Shown here: in pieces, positions 11,651 through 22,231 of the stretch
Position numbering within the stretch: position 1 is the stretch's first letter
Layout of the letters: each line of letters begins with the position of its first letter
Assembly (NCBI GenBank): GCA_017428495.1
Contig: JAFRQS010000011.1
Span: forward strand, 140,215-204,214
Direction: 5' to 3'
DNA length: 64,000 bases
Origin: Bacilli bacterium
Lineage (GTDB): Bacteria; Bacillota_I; Bacilli_A; RF39; UBA660
Program-made: the position numbers and the translations under genes
The notes under the pieces: model-generated
The model's input: only the letters and a program-made list of their open reading frames with translations
What the model was told of the DNA's origin: nothing
The model's database searches: none

Positions 11651-13366
11651 TTATACTCTCACTTTCAAATCTTGTATTTCTTTTGCTATTTCTATTTTTT
11701 TTAATGAATCTGTTTCTTTCTTAAATTCATTCATCAATCTTTCTATTTGAACTTTAATACTAAATTCATTTAATTCATTTATATAATCCATTATTTGCTC
11801 ATAAGTATAATTATCACTTATTTCCATTGTATCAATTACATTAAATGCATTTAATAATTCCTTTTTATCACTTAAATAACTCAAAAAATCAGCTACAATT
11901 AATTCACTATTTTTATCACAATAATGTACTATCTCATTTACTAAATATCTAAATTCTTGAGTTGGAAAATAACATTTATTATTTTTATATATTTTTATTA
12001 CTTCAGGATATCTAATCATATAAAAAATCAATTCTCTTTCTGATTTTTCATATTTATTTAACTTTATAATCTGTTTTTTTTCTGTTTTTGCAACATTCTT
12101 TTTGTTTTTAAGCATACCACTTATTGTAGACATACTTATATTAGTATCATCACTCAATCTTTTTATTATAATTTCCTTTACTATTGGATCTGTAACACTA
12201 GATAATTCTATAATTGCATCCTTTAAATATTTTGATACCTCATCACTATTAGAAAAATTTGTTTGTTTTTTTAATTCATCTAATTTATAATCTAGCAATG
12301 ATTTAGGATTTAACAAATAATTGTTAAACTCATCTACGCCATATTTCTTGGTAAATTCATCTGGATCACAATTATCTGGCAGCCTAATTATTTTAGGAAC
12401 TATTCCTATACTTTCTAATTCTTTTGAGCATGATAACGTAGCTTTATTACCTGCTTCATCACCATCAAAACACAATATGATATTAGTAGATAATCTTTTC
12501 AATAACTTTGCTTGTTCATTTGTAACAGCAGTTCCCATAGTTGCAACAACATTATATATACCAACCATATGAAGTGCTATTACATCCATAAATCCCTCTA
12601 CCACAACTACACATTTCTTTTTTCTGCATTCTTCTTTAGCTCTATGGTAATTATATAAAATTTTACCTTTTTTAAATATATCACTTTCCTTAGAATTCAC
12701 ATATTTTGATGAATCATCTGTTTTATATATTCTCCCACTAAATCCAATCACTTTACCATCTAAATCACTTAATGGAAACATTATCCTATTAATAAATGTA
12801 TCATGTAATCCATTATTATTAGATACTATTCCAGATTTAATCAAAATATCATCACTATATTTCTTTGCCTTTAATAATTTAGTTATCTGATTATTTGTAG
12901 ACAGTCCAACACCGAATGTCTTAATGGTTTCATCAGTAAAGCCTCTATTTTTAAGATAATTCAGTGCTTCTACTCCATCTTTAGTATGCAAATTATTTTG
13001 ATAATACTTATTAGCAATATCATAAATATTATATAAATCATCAAATTTATCTTTAATTTTATTTGGATTCTTTGAAACATCTAAATATATACCAACTTTA
13101 TTAGCAACTAATTTAAGTGCTTCTAAAAAAGTTATATTTTCATAATCCATTAAAAAGTTAAAGACATTACCATGTGCTCCGCAAACAAAACAAGTATATA
13201 TTTGCTTTTCAGGTGAAATACTCATACTAGGGTTATGGTCATCATGAAATGGGCAAACTGCAAAATAATTTCTTCCTTTACGTTCTAATGGAATATACTC
13301 TGATATTACATCAACAATATTTACACTTTTCCTTATTTCACTTATCTTATCATCATTTATTTCCAT
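11651..13366 (-). CDS. dnaG: DNA primase
   Basis: 571 aa; CHC2 zinc finger [13 protein letters not shown]...[32 protein letters not shown]; dnaG-sigA operon. Confidence 0.93.
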   Translation of the reverse strand: MEINDDKISEIRKSVNIVDVISEYIPLERKGRNYFAVCPFHDDHNPSMSISPEKQIYTCFVCGAHGNVFNFLMDYENITFLEALKLVANKVGIYLDVSKNPNKIKDKFDDLYNIYDIANKYYQNNLHTKDGVEALNYLKNRGFTDETIKTFGVGLSTNNQITKLLKAKKYSDDILIKSGIVSNNNGLHDTFINRIMFPLSDLDGKVIGFSGRIYKTDDSSKYVNSKESDIFKKGKILYNYHRAKEECRKKKCVVVVEGFMDVIALHMVGIYNVVATMGTAVTNEQAKLLKRLSTNIILCFDGDEAGNKATLSCSKELESIGIVPKIIRLPDNCDPDEFTKKYGVDEFNNYLLNPKSLLDYKLDELKKQTNFSNSDEVSKYLKDAIIELSSVTDPIVKEIIIKRLSDDTNISMSTISGMLKNKKNVAKTEKKQIIKLNKYEKSERELIFYMIRYPEVIKIYKNNKCYFPTQEFRYLVNEIVHYCDKNSELIVADFLSYLSDKKELLNAFNVIDTMEISDNYTYEQIMDYINELNEFSIKVQIERLMNEFKKETDSLKKIEIAKEIQDLKVRV

Positions 13367-13540
13367 ATTTACACCCTACAAATATATTATTCTATCTTTT
13401 TATAACAATTTCCCCTAAAATTTTTAATTTTTTTACTATTATATTTTTTTTATTAAAAAAAGCAATTAAAATATCACTTTTTAATAAAAAAAGTAGATTT
13501 TTCTAATTACTCTACTTTTATATACACTTTTAACCTACTC

Positions 13541-13891
13541 TTACCCATTTATTATTCCTAATAAATAACTATTTCTTGATTGCAGTTCATTAAACTTATT
13601 ACTTATCTCAGTATTAGCTTGTTGTAAAGCATCCTCTACTTTTTTTAATTCATTATTATAATCATTTAATTTATCAAGAGACAATGAAATTTCATCATTT
13701 ATTATTGCCTCACTAGCTTGTTCATATGTTGCTAGAATATTACTGCTGCATTCACTTACAACACCTTTTAAAGCATTTACTTTACCCTTTAATGATTCTA
13801 ATTCATTCATTAAACTTATGTTACTGTTATATTCTACTATTTCTTTATTATGAAATATTTTTTTAACTACTCCAAAACCATCTTCTGCCAT
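13541..13891 (-). CDS. hypothetical coiled-coil protein
   Basis: ORF trimmed to MAEDGFGVV...; heptad-rich, no family recognised. Confidence 0.45.
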   Translation of the reverse strand: MAEDGFGVVKKIFHNKEIVEYNSNISLMNELESLKGKVNALKGVVSECSSNILATYEQASEAIINDEISLSLDKLNDYNNELKKVEDALQQANTEISNKFNELQSRNSYLLGIING

Positions 13892-13975
13892 TTTATCACT
13901 TCCTATTACATATAAATTATACCAAAACATAATATTTTATACAATATTATATATAAAAATAACTAACCAAGTTAG

Positions 13976-14191
13976 TTACATTTGTTTGTTCATAGCTTTC
14001 ATCATTTGATTAATTTGCTTTTGACTAGGAGTACGTCCCATCTGTTGCATCATAATCTTAATCATCTGTTCATTTATTGGCGGATTTTTCTTAAGGTATT
14101 TCTGCATATAATTCTTACATACAAAGAAACCAATTACACCTCCAACTATTATTCCAAATAACACTTTTAATATATCAAATAACAATTCCAT
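13976..14191 (-). CDS. UPF0154/YneF-family small membrane protein
   Basis: 71 aa; single N-terminal TM then conserved NPPINEQMIKIMMQQMGR motif typical of YneF. Confidence 0.7.
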   Translation of the reverse strand: MELLFDILKVLFGIIVGGVIGFFVCKNYMQKYLKKNPPINEQMIKIMMQQMGRTPSQKQINQMMKAMNKQM

Positions 14192-14229
14192 ATCTTCCTC
14201 CTTTATTAATTGTACTAAAAATTAATTAA

Positions 14230-14661
14230 TTATACAATACTTTCAAAATCAATTTTATTTATAAAGAAAAAATCTTGATTTTCAAAATCACATATAAATA
14301 TATTTTTATTGTATTCTTTGATTGAAGAAAAAAATGCAGAATAATTGTTATTTGTAGTAATTCTAATATGCGATTTAAAAACTTTTAAAAATGTTATTTC
14401 TTCAGAATATAAGTTCTTAATCATATGACTATTCTCTAATTTCAAGTATTCAAGTTCATTATAATGTCTTTTATATATGAAATTATCAGCATCTCTAGTT
14501 ACAAATGTTCTTGTTACTTGATTCAACAATCTATATCCTAATACTATATCATTATTCTTAAGTCTATATATTTGTTCAAGAATTTTATATAATGAATATG
14601 GCTTCTTTATATAAAAATGCATCAATGAATCTTTTATAATAAATGCATAATAAGTTCTCAT
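14230..14661 (-). CDS. hypothetical protein, possibly SirA(YneE)-like sporulation inhibitor of replication
   Basis: 143 aa; size and position (adjacent to yneF-like gene and lexA) mirror the B. subtilis sirA-yneF / lexA neighbourhood; sequence similarity not verifiable by eye. Confidence 0.4.
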   Translation of the reverse strand: MRTYYAFIIKDSLMHFYIKKPYSLYKILEQIYRLKNNDIVLGYRLLNQVTRTFVTRDADNFIYKRHYNELEYLKLENSHMIKNLYSEEITFLKVFKSHIRITTNNNYSAFFSSIKEYNKNIFICDFENQDFFFINKIDFESIV

Positions 14662-14717
14662 AATTACACCTCAATTATTATTTTAATCATAATTTGAGGC
14701 TTTTTTGTCGATTTATA

Positions 14718-14867
14718 TTATCTTACTACTTCATTCATAATATATGCATTTTTTTGCTGCATAATTTTATCATTTTCCCTTTCAACATTTGATACCCAAA
14801 ATACAGTAAAAATAACCATACATAAATAAAACATTAATAATCCTTTATTGTATTTTATAAATTCCAT
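14718..14867 (-). CDS. 49-aa small membrane protein, divergent from lexA (candidate SOS-regulated gene)
   Basis: Not in ORF track (<60 aa). ATG comp. 14865-14867 with strong RBS AGGAGGA 7 nt upstream; encodes MEFIKYNKGLLMFYLCMVIFTVFWVSNVER... with one TM. Its promoter region contains the two LexA boxes. Confidence 0.4.
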   Translation of the reverse strand: MEFIKYNKGLLMFYLCMVIFTVFWVSNVERENDKIMQQKNAYIMNEVVR

Positions 14868-14902
14868 AACTATTCCTCCTTAACTACAATTCAATATTAA
14901 CA

Positions 14903-14945
14903 CAAACAGATGTTCGAGTCAATATGTTTTTCGAACAAACGTTTG
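14903..14945 (+). promoter_or_regulatory. two LexA (Cheo-type) boxes in lexA / small-ORF divergent promoter region
   Basis: CAAACAGATGTTCG (14903-14916) and CGAACAAACGTTTG (14932-14945) vs Firmicute consensus CGAAC-N4-GTTCG, one mismatch each. Confidence 0.75.
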
Positions 14946-14988
14946 ACAAAGTGTAAAATATATGTTATATTGTAATTGGAGGTATATT

Positions 14989-15606
14989 ATGGAGGATCTT
15001 ACAAAAAGACAAAAAGAAGTTTTAAAATATATAAAAGAGTTTATGGTATCACATGGATATCCACCGACAGTAAGAGAAATTGGAGATTCACTTGGTCTTT
15101 CTTCTCCAGCTACCACTCATTCACATTTATCACAATTAGAAGAAAAAGGTTATATTAGAAAGGGTGGAAACAAAAATAGAGCTATAGAATTATTAGTAGA
15201 TAATGAATTTGAAATTAAAAATGAAGAAGTTGTAGAAGTACCTTTATTAGGAAAAATTACCGCAGGTAATCCAATTGAAGCAATCGAAAGGCCTGATGAA
15301 TATTTTTCTCTTCCTGCTTATCTTATACCTAGACAAAAAGAAGTATTTACTTTAAAAGTTAGTGGAGAAAGTATGATTAATGCTGGTATATTTGATGGAG
15401 ATATTGTAATAGTTGAAAGATGCAATGTTGCAAGAAACGGAGAAATAGTTGTTGCTATGACCGATGAAAATGAAGTAACATTAAAAACATTTTATAAAGA
15501 AAATGGATATTTTAGATTACAGCCAGAAAATGATACTATGGAGCCATTTATTTTTGAAAATATCACTATACTTGGTAAAGCTATTGGATTATATAGAAAA
15601 TTATAA
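14989..15606 (+). CDS. lexA: LexA repressor
   Basis: Start ATG 14989 after GGAGG; MEDLTKRQKEVLKYIKEFMVSHGYPPTVREIGDSLGLSSPATTHSHL..., Ala-Gly cleavage site region, Ser/Lys S24 peptidase domain (GESMINAGI...VVAM). Confidence 0.93.
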   Translation: MEDLTKRQKEVLKYIKEFMVSHGYPPTVREIGDSLGLSSPATTHSHLSQLEEKGYIRKGGNKNRAIELLVDNEFEIKNEEVVEVPLLGKITAGNPIEAIERPDEYFSLPAYLIPRQKEVFTLKVSGESMINAGIFDGDIVIVERCNVARNGEIVVAMTDENEVTLKTFYKENGYFRLQPENDTMEPFIFENITILGKAIGLYRKL

Positions 15607-15640
15607 AAAAGAGATTTATTAGATCTCTTTTAATTTATTT
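15607..15640. terminator. bidirectional terminator between lexA and divIB
   Basis: AAAGAGAT-N7-ATCTCTTT hairpin with flanking A/T runs. Confidence 0.6.
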
Positions 15641-16301
15641 CTTCAAAGAAATTGCCGGAATCTAAATATAAGATTCCTTTTTTATTTACTTTAGATAATA
15701 TTTTTAAATATTCATTTATAGCAGTAATTTTATATAAAGTTACGTACACATAATTACCATCATTCATTGTAATTAAAAATCTTTCTTTATCAATATTATT
15801 TGGATCATATTTAATTTCTGAAATCATAAATTTAATTTCATCATTTATATTTTGATATTTTTCAGAAAATTTAAATAATATATCATCATTTAAATTACCT
15901 ACTAATGAAGGAAGTTTATATTTATTATTATCTACTTGTTCACCATTTGATAATACCACTTTATTATTATATATAAAAAGAGGGGTATTTTCTTCAACAC
16001 TTATTGTTAATATATTACCAATATTCTTATTTACTTTTACTGATTTTATAAACTTATTCTTAAACAAATTATTTTTAATTTTATATTTAAATGTAAGTAT
16101 AAAACTCGGATAATTTCTTATTCCTGCTATATCTATTACCTCTTGGTCAGACAAATATTTATTATTTTCAATATATATATTATTTATTGGAGATTTAATT
16201 ACTCTATATATGTTATACCCAATTATATATGCAATTAGTAAGAACACCAATAACTTTGCAAAATTAAATCTTTTTTTTACAACTTCCTCTTCTTCTTTCA
16301 T
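15630..16301 (-). CDS. divIB: cell division protein DivIB/FtsQ (POTRA domain)
   Basis: 223 aa; cytoplasmic N-terminus, one TM, then POTRA-like region; immediately downstream of murG-murB. Confidence 0.65.
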   Translation of the reverse strand: MKEEEEVVKKRFNFAKLLVFLLIAYIIGYNIYRVIKSPINNIYIENNKYLSDQEVIDIAGIRNYPSFILTFKYKIKNNLFKNKFIKSVKVNKNIGNILTISVEENTPLFIYNNKVVLSNGEQVDNNKYKLPSLVGNLNDDILFKFSEKYQNINDEIKFMISEIKYDPNNIDKERFLITMNDGNYVYVTLYKITAINEYLKILSKVNKKGILYLDSGNFFEEIN

Positions 16302-16304
16302 ATA

Positions 16305-17207
16305 TTACTCCCAATTTACAAATTCTTGTTCTATCTTAAGTTCTACTCCCGTCTCTTCTTTTACTGTTTTCTGTACATATAATATCAAATCATGAATATC
16401 TTTTCCTGTAGCATTTCCTGTATTAATTATAAAATTAGCATGCTTTTTAGACACTTCTGCCCCACCAATTTTATAACCTTTTAATCCGCATACATCTATT
16501 AATCGCCATGCATAATCATTTTCAGGATTTCTAAATACACTACCTGCAGATGGAAATTCTAATGGTTGAGTCATTAATCTTTTTTGTCTTCTTTCCTCTA
16601 TTAATTCTTTTATTACTTTCTTATTACCCTTTTTTAACACAATGGTAGCTTCTAAGCATATATATCCCTTATTATGTTGTAAGAATGAATTTCTATATTT
16701 AAATTTTAAATCTTTATTATACATAGTTATTACTTTTAATTCTGGCGTTAATACTTTTATTTCACTAACTATGTACCCCATATCCGATTTATATGCTCCT
16801 GCATTCATATAAATAGCTCCACCAACTGTACCAGGAATACCTGTAGCAAATTCCATACCAGTAAGACCTAACTTAGCCGTTTTATTTGCAAGTGCAATTA
16901 AACTATGACCCGCACCAGCTTTTATTACAGTATCATTTATTTCACAATGATTTAACTCATTTAATTTAATTAATACTCCTTTATATGGCTTATCTGAAAA
17001 TATTAAATTTGAACCATTACCTAATATTTTATATTCAACATCATTGTCTTTCAACAATTGTAATAATTCTATTAATTTTTCAATATTTTTAGGAGATACA
17101 ATTACATCTGCTTTACCACCTGCTTTATATGTAGTACATTTTTTTAAAGATACCTTAGTATCTACTTTACCTATTCTTTTCTTTTCTATTTCCTTAACAA
17201 TATTCAT
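16305..17207 (-). CDS. murB: UDP-N-acetylenolpyruvoylglucosamine reductase
   Basis: 300 aa; FAD-binding GGKADVIVSPKN...LGNGSNLI, catalytic C-terminal domain. Confidence 0.9.
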   Translation of the reverse strand: MNIVKEIEKKRIGKVDTKVSLKKCTTYKAGGKADVIVSPKNIEKLIELLQLLKDNDVEYKILGNGSNLIFSDKPYKGVLIKLNELNHCEINDTVIKAGAGHSLIALANKTAKLGLTGMEFATGIPGTVGGAIYMNAGAYKSDMGYIVSEIKVLTPELKVITMYNKDLKFKYRNSFLQHNKGYICLEATIVLKKGNKKVIKELIEERRQKRLMTQPLEFPSAGSVFRNPENDYAWRLIDVCGLKGYKIGGAEVSKKHANFIINTGNATGKDIHDLILYVQKTVKEETGVELKIEQEFVNWE

Positions 17208-18275
17208 TTATTCACCTACTATTTCATTTATTAACTTGTATATCTTTGATGCACTATTATTAACACTCATCATAGACAAATTATTTTTAATTAAATTTAT
17301 TTTTTCTTTATCACTTATTAAATTATCAATACTATCTATCAATGTATCACTACTTAAATCTTTTTCTTCGATTAATAACGCTGATTTCTTTTCTACTAAA
17401 TTCATTGCATTTTTATATTGATGATTATCTGTCACATATGGACTAGGTATTAATATTGATGGTACTTTAAACGATATTATTTCAGACATTGTAGTTGCAC
17501 CAGCCCTTGTTACAAGTACATCTGTCTTTTTAAATACCCTTTTTAAATTATTTATAAATGGTACAATCTTTATATTTTTATTTAATTTTAAATTATTAAA
17601 TTCTTCATAATAATCATTTCCTGTTATAAATAACACTTCATAATTTTTGTCATTAAATTTAGGTAATATTTTTTTCATCTTATCATTTACTACCTTAGAT
17701 CCTAAGGAACCCATAACTATTAAAACCAATTTTTTATCATCTGATAACTTAAATTCTTTCTTATCAAATATACTATTATCATCTTCACTACTTGGATTAC
17801 CAGTATATACTACTTTTTTTGCTTTTACTTTAGTATCTGGGAAAGATATACATACTGCATCTACATATTTAGACAAAAATTTATTGGTCATTCCAAGTAT
17901 ACTATTTTGTTCATGTATTATAGTTTTTATCTTTAACTTATGTGCAGCATATATTACAGGTGCTGTAACATATCCTCCTACTCCTATTACTATATCTGGT
18001 TTAAACTCTTTCATCAGCTTTTTAACTTCTTTAACTGCTGTAATAAAATATTTAACTGTTCTTATATTATCTAGTGATAATTTTCTATCTAATCCTCTAA
18101 TTTTAATAGCATGATACTTTATATTATATTTAGGTACTATATCTTTTTCCATTCTATTGGTTGTACCAATGTATAATATATCAGCATTTTTATCTTTCTC
18201 TTTTATTTTATTTACAATAGACAATGCTGGATATATATGTCCTCCTGTACCACCTGCGCTTATTATAACACGCAT
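17208..18275 (-). CDS. murG: UDP-N-acetylglucosamine--N-acetylmuramyl-(pentapeptide) pyrophosphoryl-undecaprenol N-acetylglucosamine transferase
   Basis: 355 aa; MRVIISAGGTGGHIYPALSI glycine-rich GT28 N-terminus. Confidence 0.92.
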   Translation of the reverse strand: MRVIISAGGTGGHIYPALSIVNKIKEKDKNADILYIGTTNRMEKDIVPKYNIKYHAIKIRGLDRKLSLDNIRTVKYFITAVKEVKKLMKEFKPDIVIGVGGYVTAPVIYAAHKLKIKTIIHEQNSILGMTNKFLSKYVDAVCISFPDTKVKAKKVVYTGNPSSEDDNSIFDKKEFKLSDDKKLVLIVMGSLGSKVVNDKMKKILPKFNDKNYEVLFITGNDYYEEFNNLKLNKNIKIVPFINNLKRVFKKTDVLVTRAGATTMSEIISFKVPSILIPSPYVTDNHQYKNAMNLVEKKSALLIEEKDLSSDTLIDSIDNLISDKEKINLIKNNLSMMSVNNSASKIYKLINEIVGE

Positions 18276-18279
18276 ATTA

Positions 18280-18825
18280 TCACCTCAATTTATATATTTT
18301 AATAAATGTTTTACCATACTTTCTATCTTTGATTAATTCTAAATTTCCATAATTTTCTTCTAAAATCTCTTTTTCATACTCACATACTAATAAAGCATTA
18401 GGCATCAATATATCATATTTTAATATTTCATCTATTACTTCCTTAATCTTTATTTTACCATATGGTGGATCTATAAAAATTATATCAAATTTAATACCAT
18501 TATTACTAAATTTTTTTAATGCAGATGTATAATTATCATTAATAACCTCATAATCTGTCGAATCCAACTTACTTAAATTGGATTTAGTAGTATCTATTGC
18601 AATTTTCATCTTATCTACAAAATACACACGTTTTGAATAATTACTTAATGCTTCTATTCCAATAGAACCTGTACCAGAAAACAAATCTAAACAGATTGAA
18701 TCTTTTACAGAGTCATTAATCATTGCAAACAATGATTCCTTAACCTTATCCATAGTAGGTCTTATACCTTCAATATCATATCCGTTTAAAATTGTCCTCT
18801 TATACTTACCACTAATTACTCTCAT
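18280..18825 (-). CDS. rsmD: 16S rRNA (guanine966-N2)-methyltransferase
   Basis: Start trimmed to MRVISGKYKR; LDLFSGTGSIGIEALS SAM motif and DPPYGK catalytic motif. Confidence 0.82.
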   Translation of the reverse strand: MRVISGKYKRTILNGYDIEGIRPTMDKVKESLFAMINDSVKDSICLDLFSGTGSIGIEALSNYSKRVYFVDKMKIAIDTTKSNLSKLDSTDYEVINDNYTSALKKFSNNGIKFDIIFIDPPYGKIKIKEVIDEILKYDILMPNALLVCEYEKEILEENYGNLELIKDRKYGKTFIKIYKLR

Positions 18826-19072
18826 TATTACACACCTTATCATCAATTAATTTATTTATTTCTTTATTAAAATAATATATATGTAAATCTAATATATTCT
18901 GATTCTCTATATACCTATGAACTGTTGGATTATTATATAATTCTCTTACATTAGAACTATTGATTAAATTATTAACTTTTATTTCTTCTTTCAATTCATA
19001 CATATTTTTAACAAAATCAGTAGATTTAAATATATCTATCAGTTTATCAACTTCTTCTATCACTTCTATCAT
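18812..19072 (-). CDS. hypothetical protein (possibly YlbF/YmcA-family)
   Basis: ORF trimmed to MIEVIEEVDKL...; helical small protein located where ylbF sits relative to ylbD/ylbE/rsmD in B. subtilis. Confidence 0.3.
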   Translation of the reverse strand: MIEVIEEVDKLIDIFKSTDFVKNMYELKEEIKVNNLINSSNVRELYNNPTVHRYIENQNILDLHIYYFNKEINKLIDDKVCNNESN

Positions 19073-19076
19073 ACAA

Positions 19077-19298
19077 TCACTCCAACACTTGTAATAATGA
19101 TTCAATCATTTCTAATTTTTGCCCTAATCTTTCCAATTTATCACTTGTATTTAATTTATATTTATCTTTCATTTCACTAATCATTTCATCTATTCTTGAT
19201 GGATCCCTATTTAATATTTTATACCAATATGAATTTTCTCTCAAATACTTATGCAATAATTCATTATTAAATATTTTATATTGTAAAGATATATCCAT
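19077..19298 (-). CDS. YlbE-like small protein
   Basis: 73 aa; ...YLRENSYWYKILNRDPSRI... resembles the YlbE family; synteny with ylbD-like gene. Confidence 0.45.
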   Translation of the reverse strand: MDISLQYKIFNNELLHKYLRENSYWYKILNRDPSRIDEMISEMKDKYKLNTSDKLERLGQKLEMIESLLQVLE

Positions 19299-19627
19299 TA
19301 ATCTTCAAACCTTTTATATATAGGCCTTGGTTCATAACTTTCTACTACATCATCTTTTTTTACAAAATCTTGCAATAATTTTATACCTTTTTCAATATTA
19401 CTTAAATTTTTCTTTACACTATCCATATTTATATTTCTAATACTATTTATTACATTAGATAAATCATTTGTAACTACTGTTTTATATTTAGAAAACACAG
19501 AATCATCATCACCATACATATCCCATAATTCATATAATTCTTGCCATGTAGTGGCCTTATTTTGTACATAAGTTGCAAATGATGGATACTTACGTACAAA
19601 AGCTTTAAACTCTTCTTTTTTATCCAT
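19298..19627 (-). CDS. YlbD-like putative spore coat protein
   Basis: 109 aa; EEFKAFVRKYPSF...TWQELYELWDMYGDDDSVF resembles the YlbD_coat family signature. Confidence 0.5.
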   Translation of the reverse strand: MDKKEEFKAFVRKYPSFATYVQNKATTWQELYELWDMYGDDDSVFSKYKTVVTNDLSNVINSIRNINMDSVKKNLSNIEKGIKLLQDFVKKDDVVESYEPRPIYKRFED

Positions 19628-19651
19628 AATATCACCACTACATTATATTCA

Positions 19652-22180
19652 TTATGAATTAAAATCTTTCAAAAAATCATCTATTGTTAATATTTTATTA
19701 TCAATTTCCTCTAATGATATACTTTCTTTAGTAATCACTTTTTCTACTACTTCTACATCCATTGAATTTTTATTTTCCATACCTTTAACTATAAATGCAT
19801 CAGTTATAGATTTAGCAATATTAGAGCCTGTACTTAACCTATCCATAATAGGCATTTCAGTATTTTTAATAAAATCAATATCATTATTATTTTTAATACC
19901 TATTAATTCTTTTTTTACTTTAAATACCCTAAGTACTCTATGTGGATTAGTTTTAACTTCCCTAATTATTAACATACCTCTTCTTGCTCTTGCACTCATC
20001 TCTATATCAGATATTCTTAGTCTTTTTGCAGTACCTTTATTAGTAATAATTGCAATATGTTCAAAGCTTCCATCTAAAAGCAATCCACTTACAACATAAT
20101 CATCTTTTAACTTAATTGATTTAACTCCTGCTGATTTAATACCAGTTACTGGTACTTCACTCATATTAAACATTAAAGAATATCCAGTATTTGTTACTAT
20201 TAAAGCATTATTATATGGTTCACATGTTACATCTACTACTACATCTTCTTCTTTTAATTTTATATTTACTACAGGTTTTGAATAACGTTGTAATTTGTAA
20301 TCAGATAATAACGTTCTTTTTATCATACCCATTTTTGTAAATGTTGTTATATACATTTCCTTATCAAAATCATAAACAGGTATAGAAGATATTATTTCTT
20401 CACCCTCTCTTAAAGGTATTATATTACTTATATGTTTACCTAATTCCTTCCATTTAGAATCAGGAAGTTCATATACAGGAACATACAAATAATTACCCAA
20501 ATTAGTAAACATAAGTATTGTATCAGTAGTATTAACTTCATACATACCTATTACATAATCGCCATCTTTCATAGAAGTGTCTTCATCCTTACTAGAAGAA
20601 TAACTTCTTAAAGATACTCTTTTTACATAACCTTCCTTAGTAACCACTACTACTACATCTTCTTTAGGTATTAAATCTTCTTTATCAATATTTATCTCAG
20701 TTATTTCATCTTTTATTTCAGTCTTTCTATCAGTTGCATATTCTTTCTTTATTTTCTTCAATTCATCTTTCATGAATCCTTTTAATTTCTCTTCATCATT
20801 TAAAATACCTCTCAATGTATTTATAATAATACCAAGATTTTTCATTTCTTCTTGTAATTCAGTAATATCTGTATTAGATAATCTATATAATTGTAATTCA
20901 ACTATTGCTTTAGCTTGTTTTTCAGTAAATCCAAATTTAGCTACTAAATTAGCTTCTGAATCTGCTCTATTCTTACTACTCCTAATAGTTGCTATTACTT
21001 CATCTAATATACTTATTGCTTTAATTAAACCTTCTACAATATGCATACGAGCTTCCGCATGAAGAAGATCAAATTCATTTTTCTTTATTGTTACTTCTTT
21101 TTTATGAGCAATATAAGCATCCAACATATCAAGTAATCCCAATAATTTAGGCCTTCTACTTTCTATACCAATCATATTAAAGCCATATGATACTTGAAGT
21201 TCAGTATTTTTATATAAATAATTAAGTATTAAATCAGTATTAGCATCCTTTTTAACATCTATTACAATTCGAATACCTTCTCTATCTGATTCATCTCTTA
21301 TTTCAACCATACCATCTATTTTTTTATCCACTCTTATTTCATCAATAGATTTAACAAGCATAGCTTTATTTACTTCAAATGGTATTTCATCAATTATAAT
21401 ACTTGTCTTACCTTTAACAGTTTCAACTCTTACTTTAGATTTAATTATTATCTTACCTTTACCAGATTCATAAGCCTTCCTAATACCATCTATTCCTTCA
21501 ACTATACCACCTGTAGGAAAATCAGGTCCCTTAATTATATTCATTATTGTTTCTAACTTGCTATTCGGATATTCTATTCTATAAATAGTTGCATCTATTA
21601 CTTCACCCAAGTTATGAGGTGGAATATTAGTAGCATATCCAGCACTTATACCTGTTGCACCATTTACTAATAAATTAGGAAATCTAGCTGGTAATATTGT
21701 GGGCTCAAGTAATGAATCATCATAATTTGGTGCAAATACTACTGTATCTTTATCGATATCTTTAAGCATTTCACCTGCTATTTTACTAAGCCTTGCTTCA
21801 GTATAACGCATTGCAGCTGGTGAGTCTCCATCTATAGAACCATTATTACCATGCATATCAACAAATGGTGTATTACTCTTCCACCATTGAGATAATCTTA
21901 CCAAAGCATCATATATAGAACTATCACCATGTGGATGATATTTGCCCATAATATCACCAACACTTCTAGCACTCTTTCTATAAGGTTTTTCAAATGTATT
22001 CTTCTCTTTATACATTGAATACAATATTCTTCTTTGAACAGGCTTTAAACCATCTCTAACATCAGGTATAGCTCTGTCTTGAATTATATATTTTGAATAT
22101 CTTCCAAATCTTTCACCCATTATTTCTTCTAAAGAATATTCATATATTTTCTGTATTACATCTTTCATATGCTTCACCAA
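19652..22180 (-). CDS. parC: DNA topoisomerase IV subunit A (GyrA/ParC family)
   Basis: 842 aa; EIMGERFGRYSKYIIQDRAIPDVRDGLKPVQRRILY, active-site region MRYTEARL, C-terminal beta-pinwheel; no parE/gyrB adjacent; true start may be the MKDV Met 4 codons in. Confidence 0.85.
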   Translation of the reverse strand: MVKHMKDVIQKIYEYSLEEIMGERFGRYSKYIIQDRAIPDVRDGLKPVQRRILYSMYKEKNTFEKPYRKSARSVGDIMGKYHPHGDSSIYDALVRLSQWWKSNTPFVDMHGNNGSIDGDSPAAMRYTEARLSKIAGEMLKDIDKDTVVFAPNYDDSLLEPTILPARFPNLLVNGATGISAGYATNIPPHNLGEVIDATIYRIEYPNSKLETIMNIIKGPDFPTGGIVEGIDGIRKAYESGKGKIIIKSKVRVETVKGKTSIIIDEIPFEVNKAMLVKSIDEIRVDKKIDGMVEIRDESDREGIRIVIDVKKDANTDLILNYLYKNTELQVSYGFNMIGIESRRPKLLGLLDMLDAYIAHKKEVTIKKNEFDLLHAEARMHIVEGLIKAISILDEVIATIRSSKNRADSEANLVAKFGFTEKQAKAIVELQLYRLSNTDITELQEEMKNLGIIINTLRGILNDEEKLKGFMKDELKKIKKEYATDRKTEIKDEITEINIDKEDLIPKEDVVVVVTKEGYVKRVSLRSYSSSKDEDTSMKDGDYVIGMYEVNTTDTILMFTNLGNYLYVPVYELPDSKWKELGKHISNIIPLREGEEIISSIPVYDFDKEMYITTFTKMGMIKRTLLSDYKLQRYSKPVVNIKLKEEDVVVDVTCEPYNNALIVTNTGYSLMFNMSEVPVTGIKSAGVKSIKLKDDYVVSGLLLDGSFEHIAIITNKGTAKRLRISDIEMSARARRGMLIIREVKTNPHRVLRVFKVKKELIGIKNNNDIDFIKNTEMPIMDRLSTGSNIAKSITDAFIVKGMENKNSMDVEVVEKVITKESISLEEIDNKILTIDDFLKDFNS

Positions 22181-22231
22181 TAATATTTTATCATAAAATA
22201 ATAAAAAAAGCCAAAAATGGCTTAAAATTTA

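Noticed and set aside
14919-15116. 65-aa minus-strand ORF overlapping the lexA start and LexA boxes
   Set aside because: Overlaps the well-supported lexA coding start on the opposite strand and has no RBS. The separate 49-aa ORF at 14718-14867 is the better candidate for the divergent gene.
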